Origin: Candidatus Nomurabacteria bacterium GW2011_GWC2_42_20
GTDB lineage: Bacteria; Patescibacteriota; Minisyncoccia; Phycocordibacterales; UBA1550
Direction of reading: 5' to 3'
DNA: 64,000 bases
Assembly: GCA_000998425.1 (NCBI GenBank)
Contig: LCDG01000003.1
Span: 1,619 to 65,618, forward strand
The notes under the pieces were generated by a model. The model saw only the letters and a list, made by a program, of their open reading frames with translations. It did no database searches and was not told the DNA's origin. The position numbers and the translations under genes were made by a program. Numbering within the stretch: position 1 is the first letter of the stretch; each line of letters begins with the position of its first letter. Below are positions 1-9,836 of this stretch, piece by piece.

Positions 1-220
1 GGATATTTGAAAAAATGAGTTCGGGCGAAATGTTTTTGCCGTCGCAGGTAAAACGCGCGGGAATCACTCCGTTCGTCTCAAATGCAGGGCTAGTGATGGT
101 GAATGTCATGGACTTTTGCTGTGGTTCTGGGGTGGGCGCTTGCGGTGCTTTTGGCAGCACATACCAACTTAGAATCGCTAGAAAAATTATCCCAGTGATT
201 ATCAAAATCAAACCGCGCAT
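1..220 (-). CDS. PEBP/YbhB-YbcL family protein (partial; continues beyond window start)
   Basis: Minus-strand ATG at 218-220 gives MRGLILIITGIIFLAILSWYVLPKA (signal/TM), then MTFTITSPAFETNGVIPARFTCDGKNISPELIF, which matches the YbhB/YbcL PEBP family. No stop is reached before position 1, so the ORF is absent from the track. Confidence 0.5.
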   Translation of the reverse strand, partial: MRGLILIITGIIFLAILSWYVLPKAPQAPTPEPQQKSMTFTITSPAFETNGVIPARFTCDGKNISPELIFSNI

Positions 221-247
221 GATCTAAATTATAACACAAATACCCTA

Positions 248-874
248 TTACTTTACATAAAATTTCCCGAGCGGGCAATTCGCGTGACTGTGCTTCCGTG
301 CCGAGCAGTACTCGCGTCCGTAAAGAATAAGCGTGTGTGAAAAACGAACGCAGTCTTTTTTAGGGACAATTACCATTAGATCTCGTTCGATTTTGTGCGC
401 TTCGCGGTACTTCGTGAGACCAAGGAGTCGTGACAAACGGATGACGTGTGTATCGACGGCGATGCCTTCACTTGTGCCATATAATTCTCCGAGAACAACA
501 TTTGCAGTTTTTCTGCCGACACCAGGAATAGTTATCATCTCCATCATCGTCTTTGGAATCTTTCCACCAAAATCTTTTTTTATTGTTTGCGCGGCGGCAA
601 GAATATTTTTTGCTTTAGCTTTGTAGAAACCTGTTGAATAAATATCTTTTTCAAGTTCATCAGGTTTGGCATTTATATAATCGTTTAATGTTTTGTATTT
701 TTTAAAAAGCTCTTTCGTGACCTCGTTCACTTTTTTATCGGTGCATTGCGCAGACAAAATAACAGCAACGAGAAGTTCCAATGGTTTCGCGTAATGAAGA
801 GCACATTTTGGTTCAGGAAACAGTTTGGTAAGAACCGTAAGTATTTTAGGCAGGTTGACGTTTTCTTTTTTCAT
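248..874 (-). CDS. nth: endonuclease III (HhH-GPD DNA glycosylase, 4Fe-4S)
   Basis: HhH-GPD fold with GVGRKTANVV helix-hairpin-helix and a C-terminal C-x6-C-x2-C-x5-C cluster loop (CVRFSHTLILYGREYCSARKHSHANCPL). Confidence 0.9.
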   Translation of the reverse strand: MKKENVNLPKILTVLTKLFPEPKCALHYAKPLELLVAVILSAQCTDKKVNEVTKELFKKYKTLNDYINAKPDELEKDIYSTGFYKAKAKNILAAAQTIKKDFGGKIPKTMMEMITIPGVGRKTANVVLGELYGTSEGIAVDTHVIRLSRLLGLTKYREAHKIERDLMVIVPKKDCVRFSHTLILYGREYCSARKHSHANCPLGKFYVK

Positions 875-918
875 AAGTAATAAATGACCCGTGTTGTCTA
901 TAAGAAGTATTACACGAC

Positions 919-2814
919 TTATTCCACTGTTACCGATTTTGCAAGATTGCGAGGTTTATCGACATTGTTTCCTAGCGCGCGAGCGTAGTGATAGGCAAAA
1001 AGTTGAAGCGGAAGAATCTCTAGAGCAGGATATAGAAGCTGATTTTTTAGAGTTGGGATTATTATGACTTCAATATCTTGTAGTACTAAATTTTGCGCGC
1101 CTAGCTCGTCAGTAACGACAATTACATTTCCACCCTTAGAGAGAACTTGTTCCAAAGAATTTTTATTTAATGCAAAGAGATCGTCATGCGGCATAATGAT
1201 GATTGAGAGAGCATTATTATCAATAATTGCTATTGGTCCATGCTTAAGCTCGCCCAGCGGGTAGCTCCCTGTTTCAAGATATGTTAATTCCTTGAACTTT
1301 AGTGATGCTTCGATACATATCGGCACGTGGATCCCGCGTCCGAGGAAATTTATTGTTCTAATTCCTTTGCTTGCGTAATTCTCGGCAAGCCTCTTTATTT
1401 CAGACTCAGTTGTCTCCAACGTTTTTATCATTAGATTCGGAATTTTATTGAGCTCGTTCAAAATACTTTGTCCTTCTTGTGGCGTCATACCTCTTTCTCG
1501 CGCTAATTTTATTGCAAGTAAATAAAAAATGGCAAGTTGTGCAATAAAGGCTTTGGTAGACGCCACGCCAATCTCAAACCCTGCCCTTGCGTACACCCCA
1601 GCATCGACAGCTTCTGCTATAGCGCTTCCAACAACATTCACAATACCAAAGGTAGTATAACCTTTACGACGCGCTTCCTTTACCGACTCAAGAGTATCTG
1701 CTGTTTCTCCAGACTGGCTTACCGCAAAAAGTATTGCTTCCTCGGGGCTTATTGGCACCTTTTTATAACGAAACTCTGATGCGATTTCATTTCTAACAGG
1801 GAGATTGGCTAATGTTTCAATGAGTATTCCGCCAACAAGTGCCGCATTGTGTGCTGTACCACATGCAACAGTAATCACCTGCCTAGCGTGACGTAGCATA
1901 TCCTCGTAGTCGATTAATCCACCCAAAACCGCGTCACCAGTTGTCTCATCATAACGCCCCAGTATTGTGGTTCTAAAAACAGAGGGTTGCTCATGAATTT
2001 CTTTTTTCATAAACGACTCATACTCCCCCATTGACATGTCTTCTCGTGAATGATCAGTAATCGTTGTTGTTTCCTTTGTAATTAAGTTTTCTCTGTCCTG
2101 TATCGTACCGATTTTGTACGATACATTCCCGCTACCAATTGAAAGGTCGGCGTACTCTCCATCTGCAAGAGTAATAAAAGTATTCGTGTATGCGAGAATT
2201 GCGTTTGAACTTGATGCGGCGATTAAGGTATCTTTGAGCACACCAAAAAGGAGCGGACTACCGTGTTTTGCTAGGAGAAGACGATCTGGTTCATTTGATG
2301 AAATTAATGCAAGGCCAAAGCTACCATCGAGGCACGCAGCTGTGTCTAGGAATGCATCCTTAACCGAACTCCCTTCTTTTATTTTTTGCTCTATAAGGTG
2401 TGGTATTACCTCGGTATCTGTTGTGGATGAAAATGTGTGGCCGAGCGCGATAAGTTCCTTTCGCAACAATTCATGATTTAATATCGTCCCGTTATGCACA
2501 ATCGCCAGTGTATCTGTGCAATCAAAGTGCGGATGAGCATTTTCCTCAGATGGCTTACCGTGCGTTGCCCATCTATTGTGACCAATGGCTACAGAAAGTC
2601 CGTCGCTAGTAACTCCAAGCTCCTCTGAAATCTGTTGTGGCACGAAAACATCGCTCGGCGCGCCAAGTCTATGTACCCGCCTGATTTCCCCTGTATTGAT
2701 AATCGCTATACCAGTACTGTCGTAACCACGATACTCAAGATTTTTTAGGGATGAAATAATCTCAGGAACTAGATTACGTTTTTCGCTAGTGATGATGCCT
2801 ACAATGCCACACAT
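919..2814 (-). CDS. glmS: glutamine--fructose-6-phosphate aminotransferase
   Basis: N-terminal MCGIVGII class-II glutamine amidotransferase nucleophile, two SIS domains, C-terminal ...KSVTVE; length 631 aa. Confidence 0.95.
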   Translation of the reverse strand: MCGIVGIITSEKRNLVPEIISSLKNLEYRGYDSTGIAIINTGEIRRVHRLGAPSDVFVPQQISEELGVTSDGLSVAIGHNRWATHGKPSEENAHPHFDCTDTLAIVHNGTILNHELLRKELIALGHTFSSTTDTEVIPHLIEQKIKEGSSVKDAFLDTAACLDGSFGLALISSNEPDRLLLAKHGSPLLFGVLKDTLIAASSSNAILAYTNTFITLADGEYADLSIGSGNVSYKIGTIQDRENLITKETTTITDHSREDMSMGEYESFMKKEIHEQPSVFRTTILGRYDETTGDAVLGGLIDYEDMLRHARQVITVACGTAHNAALVGGILIETLANLPVRNEIASEFRYKKVPISPEEAILFAVSQSGETADTLESVKEARRKGYTTFGIVNVVGSAIAEAVDAGVYARAGFEIGVASTKAFIAQLAIFYLLAIKLARERGMTPQEGQSILNELNKIPNLMIKTLETTESEIKRLAENYASKGIRTINFLGRGIHVPICIEASLKFKELTYLETGSYPLGELKHGPIAIIDNNALSIIIMPHDDLFALNKNSLEQVLSKGGNVIVVTDELGAQNLVLQDIEVIIIPTLKNQLLYPALEILPLQLFAYHYARALGNNVDKPRNLAKSVTVE

Positions 2815-2815
2815 A

Positions 2816-3406
2816 TTATTGGATATGAATTATTGGATACTGGGCAAACTCTGGCAATAAATTTTTACCGTGCAAAAGGCGGGAAAATGCTTCTGCTTCA
2901 TATTTAGCTCCATTTAACCCATGATGGGGTTTAGGCTCTTCTGGCAGGCCTAGGTATTTTAAAATGGTATCGAGACTCAAATCTGCTCTGTCGTTTTTGT
3001 GCTGTATTGCGACATCGCGCTTCACCATGTCCATATATGCCATTGAGTTGAGGTCGAGTGTGCGATATGAAAAATGCCATCCGATACTCGATCGCGCGAA
3101 AGAATTGTTTAGAAAATCACGGTCAAAGGATGGGTTCTGACCAGCAAGTGTTTTGTCTTCGCATTGCTCTACCCAATGCAAAAAGTTTTCCATGAGTTCT
3201 TTTAGTGAATGTTTTTTGGAGTCCATACATTCCTGTTTCGTGAATCCGTTGACTGCGAGCGCGTCACTCATTATACTCGCGCCATCCCACATACGACATT
3301 CGCCATAAAATTGGCGCTCTGGGTGCTCGAAATCTACAGCACCAATACTTAGAATTGAGTGTTTTTGCGGATCGAGTCCTGTAGCTTCAATATCGGCAAC
3401 TATCAT
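2816..3406 (-). CDS. DEDDh-type 3'-5' exonuclease (DnaQ-like)
   Basis: MIVADIEATGLD Exo I motif, and later H-x4-D-like HHGLNGAKYEAEA. Confidence 0.7.
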   Translation of the reverse strand: MIVADIEATGLDPQKHSILSIGAVDFEHPERQFYGECRMWDGASIMSDALAVNGFTKQECMDSKKHSLKELMENFLHWVEQCEDKTLAGQNPSFDRDFLNNSFARSSIGWHFSYRTLDLNSMAYMDMVKRDVAIQHKNDRADLSLDTILKYLGLPEEPKPHHGLNGAKYEAEAFSRLLHGKNLLPEFAQYPIIHIQ

Positions 3407-3460
3407 ATCAGCTGATTATATCACAAATCCAATTACCCCACCTACTTAGTAATTTGCTAT

Positions 3461-4477
3461 TTAAAGTGAAGAGAATTGTTTACTTACTTTACCTGTCGCT
3501 AGAATTTTTTCTGTAAAACCGATGGTTTCCTTGGAGAACCAATCATTCGCTACATATCGCTCAAGATCCTCTACTGTGTGCGCGTCTGAACCACCAAGGG
3601 CGAGCAATTCATACTTTTTTGCCATATTGCGAAGCGCGTCACGTTCTGTGTTCATCTCTGCCTCACCAATTGTTCCATACTCGCGAATGCCATACACAAC
3701 CTCAACTCCATCAAGACGTTTCTCATATAGCAGACGTTCAAGCACGTGAAGCGGCATTTTTTGTTGAACCGTAAAATAATGCGCCAGTATAGCCACCCCG
3801 CCAGACTCGCGAATAAGTTTTACCGATTCATCGAGATCTGGCATGTATTCGTGCTCCGCATACCCATTTCGAAACGCATTCGGGGTAAGAAAAAGCGCGT
3901 ACGGGTAATTGTTCTCCCCTTTTTGCATCATACGTGTGTATTGTTCCTGGATTGCAGGATTGGTGGAGGCTTCTGTAGCCATTTCTATACGAATTTTTTC
4001 GATTACGACATTGTTCTCGGGGTATTTTTTAATAGCTTGAACTATGTGCGGCCTGCCAACAGACTCCCCTCCCGACATTTCAAGACAGTCGGTTTCTGTG
4101 ATTTTAAATCCTAAATTTTGAAGATTATCAACAATCTTCCTCATTCTTTTTCTTCGAGCATCTTGCGCTAGCCTGCAGTGAGCAAGAAGCTTTTTGTTTT
4201 TTGGGTTAACAAAAAGTCCTATAATGTGCATTGCGCCTGTCTCTGGATAAAGCTCCGTTGGTAGATTTGCTGTAATTTCAATACCTATCACCCACTTTGT
4301 TTTTTCTTCGCGAAGTGTTTCAAGTTCAGAAATTATTGTATCTGTTGGTACAGAATCGTGGTCCGTAAATGCGACAATAGAGATCCCTAGCGTTTGAGCC
4401 AATTCAAACATTTCACGATGGGATAGTTTCCCGTCAGAAAGTGTCGTGTGCGTATGAAGTGATTCAATTGATGTCAT
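3461..4477 (-). CDS. PHP-domain metal-dependent phosphoesterase
   Basis: LHTHTTLSDGKLS and AFTDHDS motifs at the N-terminus are typical of the PHP (polymerase/histidinol phosphatase) family. Confidence 0.75.
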   Translation of the reverse strand: MTSIESLHTHTTLSDGKLSHREMFELAQTLGISIVAFTDHDSVPTDTIISELETLREEKTKWVIGIEITANLPTELYPETGAMHIIGLFVNPKNKKLLAHCRLAQDARRKRMRKIVDNLQNLGFKITETDCLEMSGGESVGRPHIVQAIKKYPENNVVIEKIRIEMATEASTNPAIQEQYTRMMQKGENNYPYALFLTPNAFRNGYAEHEYMPDLDESVKLIRESGGVAILAHYFTVQQKMPLHVLERLLYEKRLDGVEVVYGIREYGTIGEAEMNTERDALRNMAKKYELLALGGSDAHTVEDLERYVANDWFSKETIGFTEKILATGKVSKQFSSL

Positions 4478-4495
4478 ACAGTTATTTTAGCATGC

Positions 4496-4918
4496 TCAGA
4501 GACCTTTGCATGTTGCCGATGGTGTATACCCTCGAGCCTCTGCCTCCGTTTTTGATGTGAAATGTATTATATTTGCTTGAGCTATTTTTTGTACGCCAGT
4601 GCACCAAGGATAATAATACTTTGTACCATTCTTTGAGCCAACGAGTTGGTCTCCTGCTGAATTTATGATACTAGCAGCTTGTCCGCCTGCTAGTGCTTTT
4701 TGATAGGAAGTCTCCTTGGTAGCTTCTGTAATATTTTCAAACCGAACAGGTGTTTTTGACCCCTCTATTTTAGAGAGTCGTCCAAGCCCAAAAGATGCAA
4801 AAGCAATAAGTATTAAAATTAGCCCCAAGAATACGTCATCTGGGATAATCCTTAAATTTACTTGTTTACGTACGTTAATCCCCTTGATTTTTTCAACTAT
4901 CTTCTGTATACTTGTCAT
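4496..4918 (-). CDS. membrane-anchored protein with degenerate Ada-like metal-binding domain
   Basis: One N-terminal TM helix. The C-terminus (KYYYPWCTGVQKIAQANIIHFTSKTEAEARGYTPSATC) resembles the Ada N-terminal Zn-binding fold (IYCRPSC...ENVRFF..EEA..AGFRPCKRC) but keeps only 2 of 4 Cys. Confidence 0.35.
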   Translation of the reverse strand: MTSIQKIVEKIKGINVRKQVNLRIIPDDVFLGLILILIAFASFGLGRLSKIEGSKTPVRFENITEATKETSYQKALAGGQAASIINSAGDQLVGSKNGTKYYYPWCTGVQKIAQANIIHFTSKTEAEARGYTPSATCKGL

Positions 4919-4966
4919 TACTTTAGATTATAGGCGTTTTATAGATATTTACGAAATTTTTACACC

Positions 4967-5239
4967 ATGGCAACACGAAAAGCTGGCGGATCCGCCAAAA
5001 ACCTAACTGATTCAACAGCAAAGTACCTTGGTACTAAGCTTTATGATGGAGAGACTGCAAAGGCTGGCTCAATTATTGTGCGTCAGCGAGGTACAAAGAT
5101 TCTTGCAGGAACCAATGTTGCTATCGGCAAGGACCACACCCTCTACGCTCTCAAGGAAGGAATTGTAGAATTCTCTGAGAAGCGCAAAGGAAACTTTGAT
5201 GGCACAACTACGCGTCGCAAGGTAGCGAGCGTGAAATAG
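4967..5239 (+). CDS. rpmA: 50S ribosomal protein L27
   Basis: [16 protein letters not shown]... with the conserved L27 N-terminus and GTKLYDGE...RQRGTK motif. Confidence 0.95.
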   Translation: MATRKAGGSAKNLTDSTAKYLGTKLYDGETAKAGSIIVRQRGTKILAGTNVAIGKDHTLYALKEGIVEFSEKRKGNFDGTTTRRKVASVK

Positions 5240-5254
5240 AAACATTATACACGA

Positions 5255-5290
5255 AACTCCGACTCATTAATGAGTCGGAGTTTCTGTTGT
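5255..5290 (+). terminator. Rho-independent terminator after rpmA
   Basis: Hairpin aactccgactcatt/aatgagtcggagtt followed by tctgttgt. Confidence 0.6.
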
Positions 5291-5365
5291 GCCTCGTGGT
5301 GTTGTTGACTTTATTCAGCAAATCTTGTACAATTAAAAGAGATAGTCAATGAATGGGGGCGTACA

Positions 5366-5686
5366 ATGCTAGACGAGAATCCAGCACGTAATGAGTGCGA
5401 TGAATGGATGAGAATATCTAAAACAAATGAGCTTCTAGGTCCCGAATGTTTTGTTCTTGTTAAGAATAATTTTCACCTACACTTTGCAAATAATTTCGTT
5501 GGACGTATATATCGCGAACAAAACGCTTACAAAGAATGCTTTAAAGGCAATTCGAATTTTCCAAGGCTTGCCGAATATTTAATTGCTCGTGGTAATCGCC
5601 CATCTATAATATATATTGCGCTATTGTACGAGGCATATAAAATGATGCGCATATATGCAGAATCAAACTGGGAAATGTTCCAGTAA
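5366..5686 (+). CDS. hypothetical protein
   Basis: 106-aa ORF with a GGGGCG ribosome-binding site before the ATG and its own downstream terminator; no recognisable domain. Confidence 0.35.
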   Translation: MLDENPARNECDEWMRISKTNELLGPECFVLVKNNFHLHFANNFVGRIYREQNAYKECFKGNSNFPRLAEYLIARGNRPSIIYIALLYEAYKMMRIYAESNWEMFQ

Positions 5687-5690
5687 TCCT

Positions 5691-5726
5691 AGGATCGTCT
5701 TACCTATAAGACGATCCTTTTTATTT
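5691..5726 (+). terminator. Rho-independent terminator
   Basis: aggatcgtctta cc tataagacgatcct followed by ttttattt. Confidence 0.55.
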
Positions 5727-6164
5727 AACTGCTCCCACTACAACCTTAAGTGTCGACTTATTCTTTTCAATAACCACTGGGATTTCATATGTGCCAATTT
5801 CTTTTAGTGGGCGGTCGAGCATGATATAGTCTGGATGCATATCAATATGTGCAGATCGTTTGAGCTCTGCCAAAAGTTCTTCTTTATGGATACTTGCAAA
5901 GAGATGTCCCTTCTCGTTAGCCTTACCTAGAAGAGTGATGGTCGCACCAGAAAGTACCTCGAGATTTTTCATCAATAACTCAGTATGAACTTTTTTTAGT
6001 GTTGCATCTGTTGCCATTTTACTTTGTATACGCGCAAGAACCTCCTTTGTAGCAGGCTCAGCTATTCTTTGCATAACAAGATGTCGCCCATACCCATCTG
6101 CAACATCTTTGACTTCATATTTTTTACCTACACGCGGGACATCTTTTAAAAATACAATTTTCAT
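5721..6164 (-). CDS. rplI: 50S ribosomal protein L9
   Basis: MKIVFLKDVPRVGKKYEVKDVADGYGRHL is the typical L9 N-domain. Confidence 0.9.
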   Translation of the reverse strand: MKIVFLKDVPRVGKKYEVKDVADGYGRHLVMQRIAEPATKEVLARIQSKMATDATLKKVHTELLMKNLEVLSGATITLLGKANEKGHLFASIHKEELLAELKRSAHIDMHPDYIMLDRPLKEIGTYEIPVVIEKNKSTLKVVVGAVK

Positions 6165-6168
6165 AATA

Positions 6169-7401
6169 TTATCGTTTAAAATCAGGGTCTTTTAAGATTG
6201 CTACAGCTTTATCCATCTGAGGATCAAGTTTTTTCTCTATATCATTCTTTGTTATCTCTACCTTTACATCTGGTTCAAGACCATTTTCTGAAATTGATAA
6301 TCCATTTGGAGTGAGCCATTTTGCAATAGTAACCTTGAGCGAGGTTTCTGGTGTTATCTCAATAAGTTCCTGCACGGATCCTTTGCCAAAGCTTTTTTCA
6401 CCGACAAGTTTTGCAATTTTGTGTTCATGAAGGGCGCCGGCGAGAATTTCTGAGGCTGACGCAGAACCCTCGTTGATAAGAATCACCATCTTCAAATTCT
6501 CAGTGAATACATCGTACCCTCTGCTCTTTTCTGATTTTTGCTTTGACTTTATCCCACCGTCCTCAATGACGACAGTTTTCCCTATCGGAAGAAAGAAGCT
6601 CGCCATATCAACAGCTGCTTCAAGGTATCCGCCTGGATTACTACGCAGATCAAGCACTAGCTTATCGGAGCCTGATTCAATAAACTCACGAAGAGCTCCA
6701 CGAAATAGATTTGCGGAGTTTGCCGAGAAGTTATAAAGAGAAATCACAAAAACACCGTCATCGCGAAGCTCTGTGTCTATGGTTGGGATATTTATAATAT
6801 CGCGCGTCACATTGATATCTTCCACTCCCCCATTTCTCTTAATAACAAGCACAACGGTGCTCCCACGCGGGCCACGAATATGCTGGACGGCTTCCTCTAC
6901 CGTCATGCCACCTGTATAAAGTTTATCAATTTTTAAAATTTGGTCGCCAGGCAGTATTCCTGCGCGTTCTGCCGGGGTGCCTTTAAGTGGCGCAACAACA
7001 GTAATCACCTTGTCTTTTAAAGCAATCTCCATCCCAACCCCCTCAAAGCTTCCTCTAACCTCCTCCTCAAATGCTGTCGTTTCCTTTGGTGGGAAAAACA
7101 CAGTGTACGGATCACCATAGGAAGCTGTTAACCCCTCAATAGCCCCCCATACTTTTGCCTCGTCGCTTGGTATAGATGATGATGCAGAAGTTGCGACAAA
7201 TCGGTTTTCTAATACGTCAAGCGTTTTCCATAAAGGATTAAGGTCAAGCCTATTTTGTGGTGTAGTATTCGTGGCCTCGTACGTACTCACAACAAGAAGA
7301 GCGTTTTTCTGACCAATTTGCATACCAGCGCCGAATGCGCCAACAACTCCAATGATGGTCAGAACAGTAAGAGTATTTTTACTAATAGATGATTTCATCA
7401 C
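6169..7401 (-). CDS. ctpA: C-terminal processing peptidase (S41) with PDZ domain
   Basis: N-terminal TM/signal, PDZ region (GILPGDQILKID), and S41 catalytic region with GSASASEI and LVGEKSFGKG motifs. Confidence 0.85.
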   Translation of the reverse strand: MMKSSISKNTLTVLTIIGVVGAFGAGMQIGQKNALLVVSTYEATNTTPQNRLDLNPLWKTLDVLENRFVATSASSSIPSDEAKVWGAIEGLTASYGDPYTVFFPPKETTAFEEEVRGSFEGVGMEIALKDKVITVVAPLKGTPAERAGILPGDQILKIDKLYTGGMTVEEAVQHIRGPRGSTVVLVIKRNGGVEDINVTRDIINIPTIDTELRDDGVFVISLYNFSANSANLFRGALREFIESGSDKLVLDLRSNPGGYLEAAVDMASFFLPIGKTVVIEDGGIKSKQKSEKSRGYDVFTENLKMVILINEGSASASEILAGALHEHKIAKLVGEKSFGKGSVQELIEITPETSLKVTIAKWLTPNGLSISENGLEPDVKVEITKNDIEKKLDPQMDKAVAILKDPDFKR

Positions 7402-7491
7402 GTGTAGTATCGCAAAAGTTTACAATCTGGTCAATGTTTGTTGAAATCTAATTTGATGATATTAAATATTTAATATGTTATAATTTCAAGC

Positions 7492-8409
7492 ATGATTTCG
7501 CGATACAAATATAAGGACCTCGTTTGGGTAGACGTACTATCGCCAACTCCAGAGGAAGTACGTGTTCTTATGGATGAATTTAATATCCACCCATTGGTCG
7601 CAGAGGAGCTTTTGACCCCAACCCTTCGTTCAAAGGTGGATCTATATGATGATTTTATTTATCTCATTCTGCACTTCCCAACAATATCACATAAGCACGA
7701 TGGAGGTAGGGATCAAGAAATCGATTTTATTATTGGTGATAAGTTTATTATCACATCGCACTACGACTTTGTTGATCAGCTTCACGAATTCTCAAAAGCA
7801 TTTGAAGTAAATTCAATTCTAGAAAAATCGAATATCGGGGATCATGCTGGGTTTATTCTATTTTATATACTAAAAGATCTTTATAAGATGCTTGATGGCG
7901 AGCTCGAGCATATCAGTCACGACTTTAACGAAATTCAGGCAAAGATTTTTGGTGGGAATGAGCGTGACATGGTTAATTCCATTTCGCACCTAAATCGTGA
8001 TCTGCTTAATTTCAAACAGATTCTTCGCCCACACAAAGAGGTTCTCGAGTCATTTGAGATTGCCGGCACTAAATTTTTTGGTGAAGATTTTTCCTATTAT
8101 TTACATACTGTTGTTGGTGAATTCTACAAAATATCATCGATTCTCGATGGGCACCGTGAGACAGTACTCGACCTGCGCGACACAAATGATTCACTTCTTA
8201 CTACAAAAACAAATGACATCATGAAAACTCTCACAGTAACTGCTTTCATTATTCTCCCTCTCACATTTATAGGGCAAGTATTTGGAATGAGCGTTTCAAG
8301 CATACCGCTAGCTAGCAACCCAAACGCATTCTGGATTATATTGGCCACAATGGGCGTCGTCGGCGTCTGCCTTTTTAGCTACTTCAAGTTTTTTAAGAAA
8401 TGGATGTAA
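7492..8409 (+). CDS. corA: CorA-family divalent cation transporter (variant GMS motif)
   Basis: Cytoplasmic N-domain then two C-terminal TM helices. The loop after TM1 reads QVFGMSVS where canonical CorA has YGMNF. Confidence 0.8.
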   Translation: MISRYKYKDLVWVDVLSPTPEEVRVLMDEFNIHPLVAEELLTPTLRSKVDLYDDFIYLILHFPTISHKHDGGRDQEIDFIIGDKFIITSHYDFVDQLHEFSKAFEVNSILEKSNIGDHAGFILFYILKDLYKMLDGELEHISHDFNEIQAKIFGGNERDMVNSISHLNRDLLNFKQILRPHKEVLESFEIAGTKFFGEDFSYYLHTVVGEFYKISSILDGHRETVLDLRDTNDSLLTTKTNDIMKTLTVTAFIILPLTFIGQVFGMSVSSIPLASNPNAFWIILATMGVVGVCLFSYFKFFKKWM

Positions 8410-9752
8410 GACTGTTTAATACACTCTCGCGCTCTATCGAGAAACTCGAGCCGATTAATGATAATGAGATTCGAATGTACCACTGTGGTCCTACAGTTTA
8501 CGACTACGCGCATGTTGGGAACCTACGTGCCTTTATTGTAAATGATACATTGAGACGAACACTTGAGTACCTAAATTACAACGTAAAACAGGTGATGAAC
8601 ATCACAGATGTTGACGACAAAATGATTGCTCGCGCAAGGCAAGAAGGGGTTACGATTCAAGCTCTTGCGCGAGAGTATACAAATTTCCTACTCGCTGATT
8701 TTAAAGCGTTAAATATCCTCACACCACACAAAATACCGCATGCTACCGAGCATATTGGTGGTATGGTCGTGATGATTGAAAAGCTGATTCGCGATGGATA
8801 TGCGTACACTACTTCAGACGGAATATATTTTGATGTTACTAAATCAAAAAATTATGGCTCTCTCGCGCAGCTTGATCTTGACGCAAGCACTGAGTCGCGA
8901 ATAGAGAGTACAGGAGAGAAGAGGTCACATCGAGACTTCGCTCTCTGGAAGTTTGAATCCAAGGACGACAACGGAGTAGCTTATGATGCATCTTTCGGGC
9001 GAGGAAGACCTGGTTGGCATATTGAATGTTCAGAAATGGCATGCGACTCACTTGGAGAAACAATAGATATTCATACAGGTGGTGTTGACCTTATTTTCCC
9101 ACACCACACGAACGAGATTGCACAATCAGAAGCAGTAAATAAGAAGCCTTTTGTGCGTACGTGGGTTCACACTGAATTTGTTATGATAGATGGCCAAAAA
9201 ATGTCTAAATCACTTGGCAATCACACAACACTAAAAACTGTCACAGAGCGTGGCTTCTCCCCCCTCTCCTTTAGATATTTCGTATTAGGCACTCACTATC
9301 GTTCAAAGCTCAATTTTACGTGGGATGCGCTTGATGGCGCTCAGAATGCATTAAAAAAATTAAATGAATCATTTCGCGAACTTCCAGATGGTGGGACCCC
9401 CGTACCGACTGAGCTCGCGAATTTTGAAAATGCTTTATGTAACGATATGCATATTACATGGGTACTTGCGCGCATATGGCAAATCCTAAAAGAGGAACCT
9501 AGTATCCCCCCTGCAGATAAAAAAGCGACAATTCTTGAATTCGACAAGGTGCTAGGTCTTGGACTCGTAAATGTAAAAAAAGAAACGATACCAAGCAATA
9601 TAGTAGCTTTGGCCAAAGCTCGTGAGGAAGCTCGCAAAAATAAGGATTGGATAAAATCGGATAAAATCCGTGAGGAAATCAATTCCCTTGGGTGGAGTGT
9701 TGAGGACACAGATAAGGGCCCAAAAATCATAAGATTAGACGTTCAGGAATAG
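8400..9752 (+). CDS. cysS: cysteine--tRNA ligase
   Basis: HIGH-type motif (CGPTVYDYAHVGNLRAF), zinc-binding Cys, and KMSKS motif (KMSKSLGN). Confidence 0.95.
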   Translation: MDVRLFNTLSRSIEKLEPINDNEIRMYHCGPTVYDYAHVGNLRAFIVNDTLRRTLEYLNYNVKQVMNITDVDDKMIARARQEGVTIQALAREYTNFLLADFKALNILTPHKIPHATEHIGGMVVMIEKLIRDGYAYTTSDGIYFDVTKSKNYGSLAQLDLDASTESRIESTGEKRSHRDFALWKFESKDDNGVAYDASFGRGRPGWHIECSEMACDSLGETIDIHTGGVDLIFPHHTNEIAQSEAVNKKPFVRTWVHTEFVMIDGQKMSKSLGNHTTLKTVTERGFSPLSFRYFVLGTHYRSKLNFTWDALDGAQNALKKLNESFRELPDGGTPVPTELANFENALCNDMHITWVLARIWQILKEEPSIPPADKKATILEFDKVLGLGLVNVKKETIPSNIVALAKAREEARKNKDWIKSDKIREEINSLGWSVEDTDKGPKIIRLDVQE

Positions 9753-9836
9753 TTTTTGTGGCATAATTTTGTATCCACCGCTTATCCCCTATTTTTTCCA
9801 CGATTTTGTTTTTGTGAGAATTGAAGCTGTGCTAGA

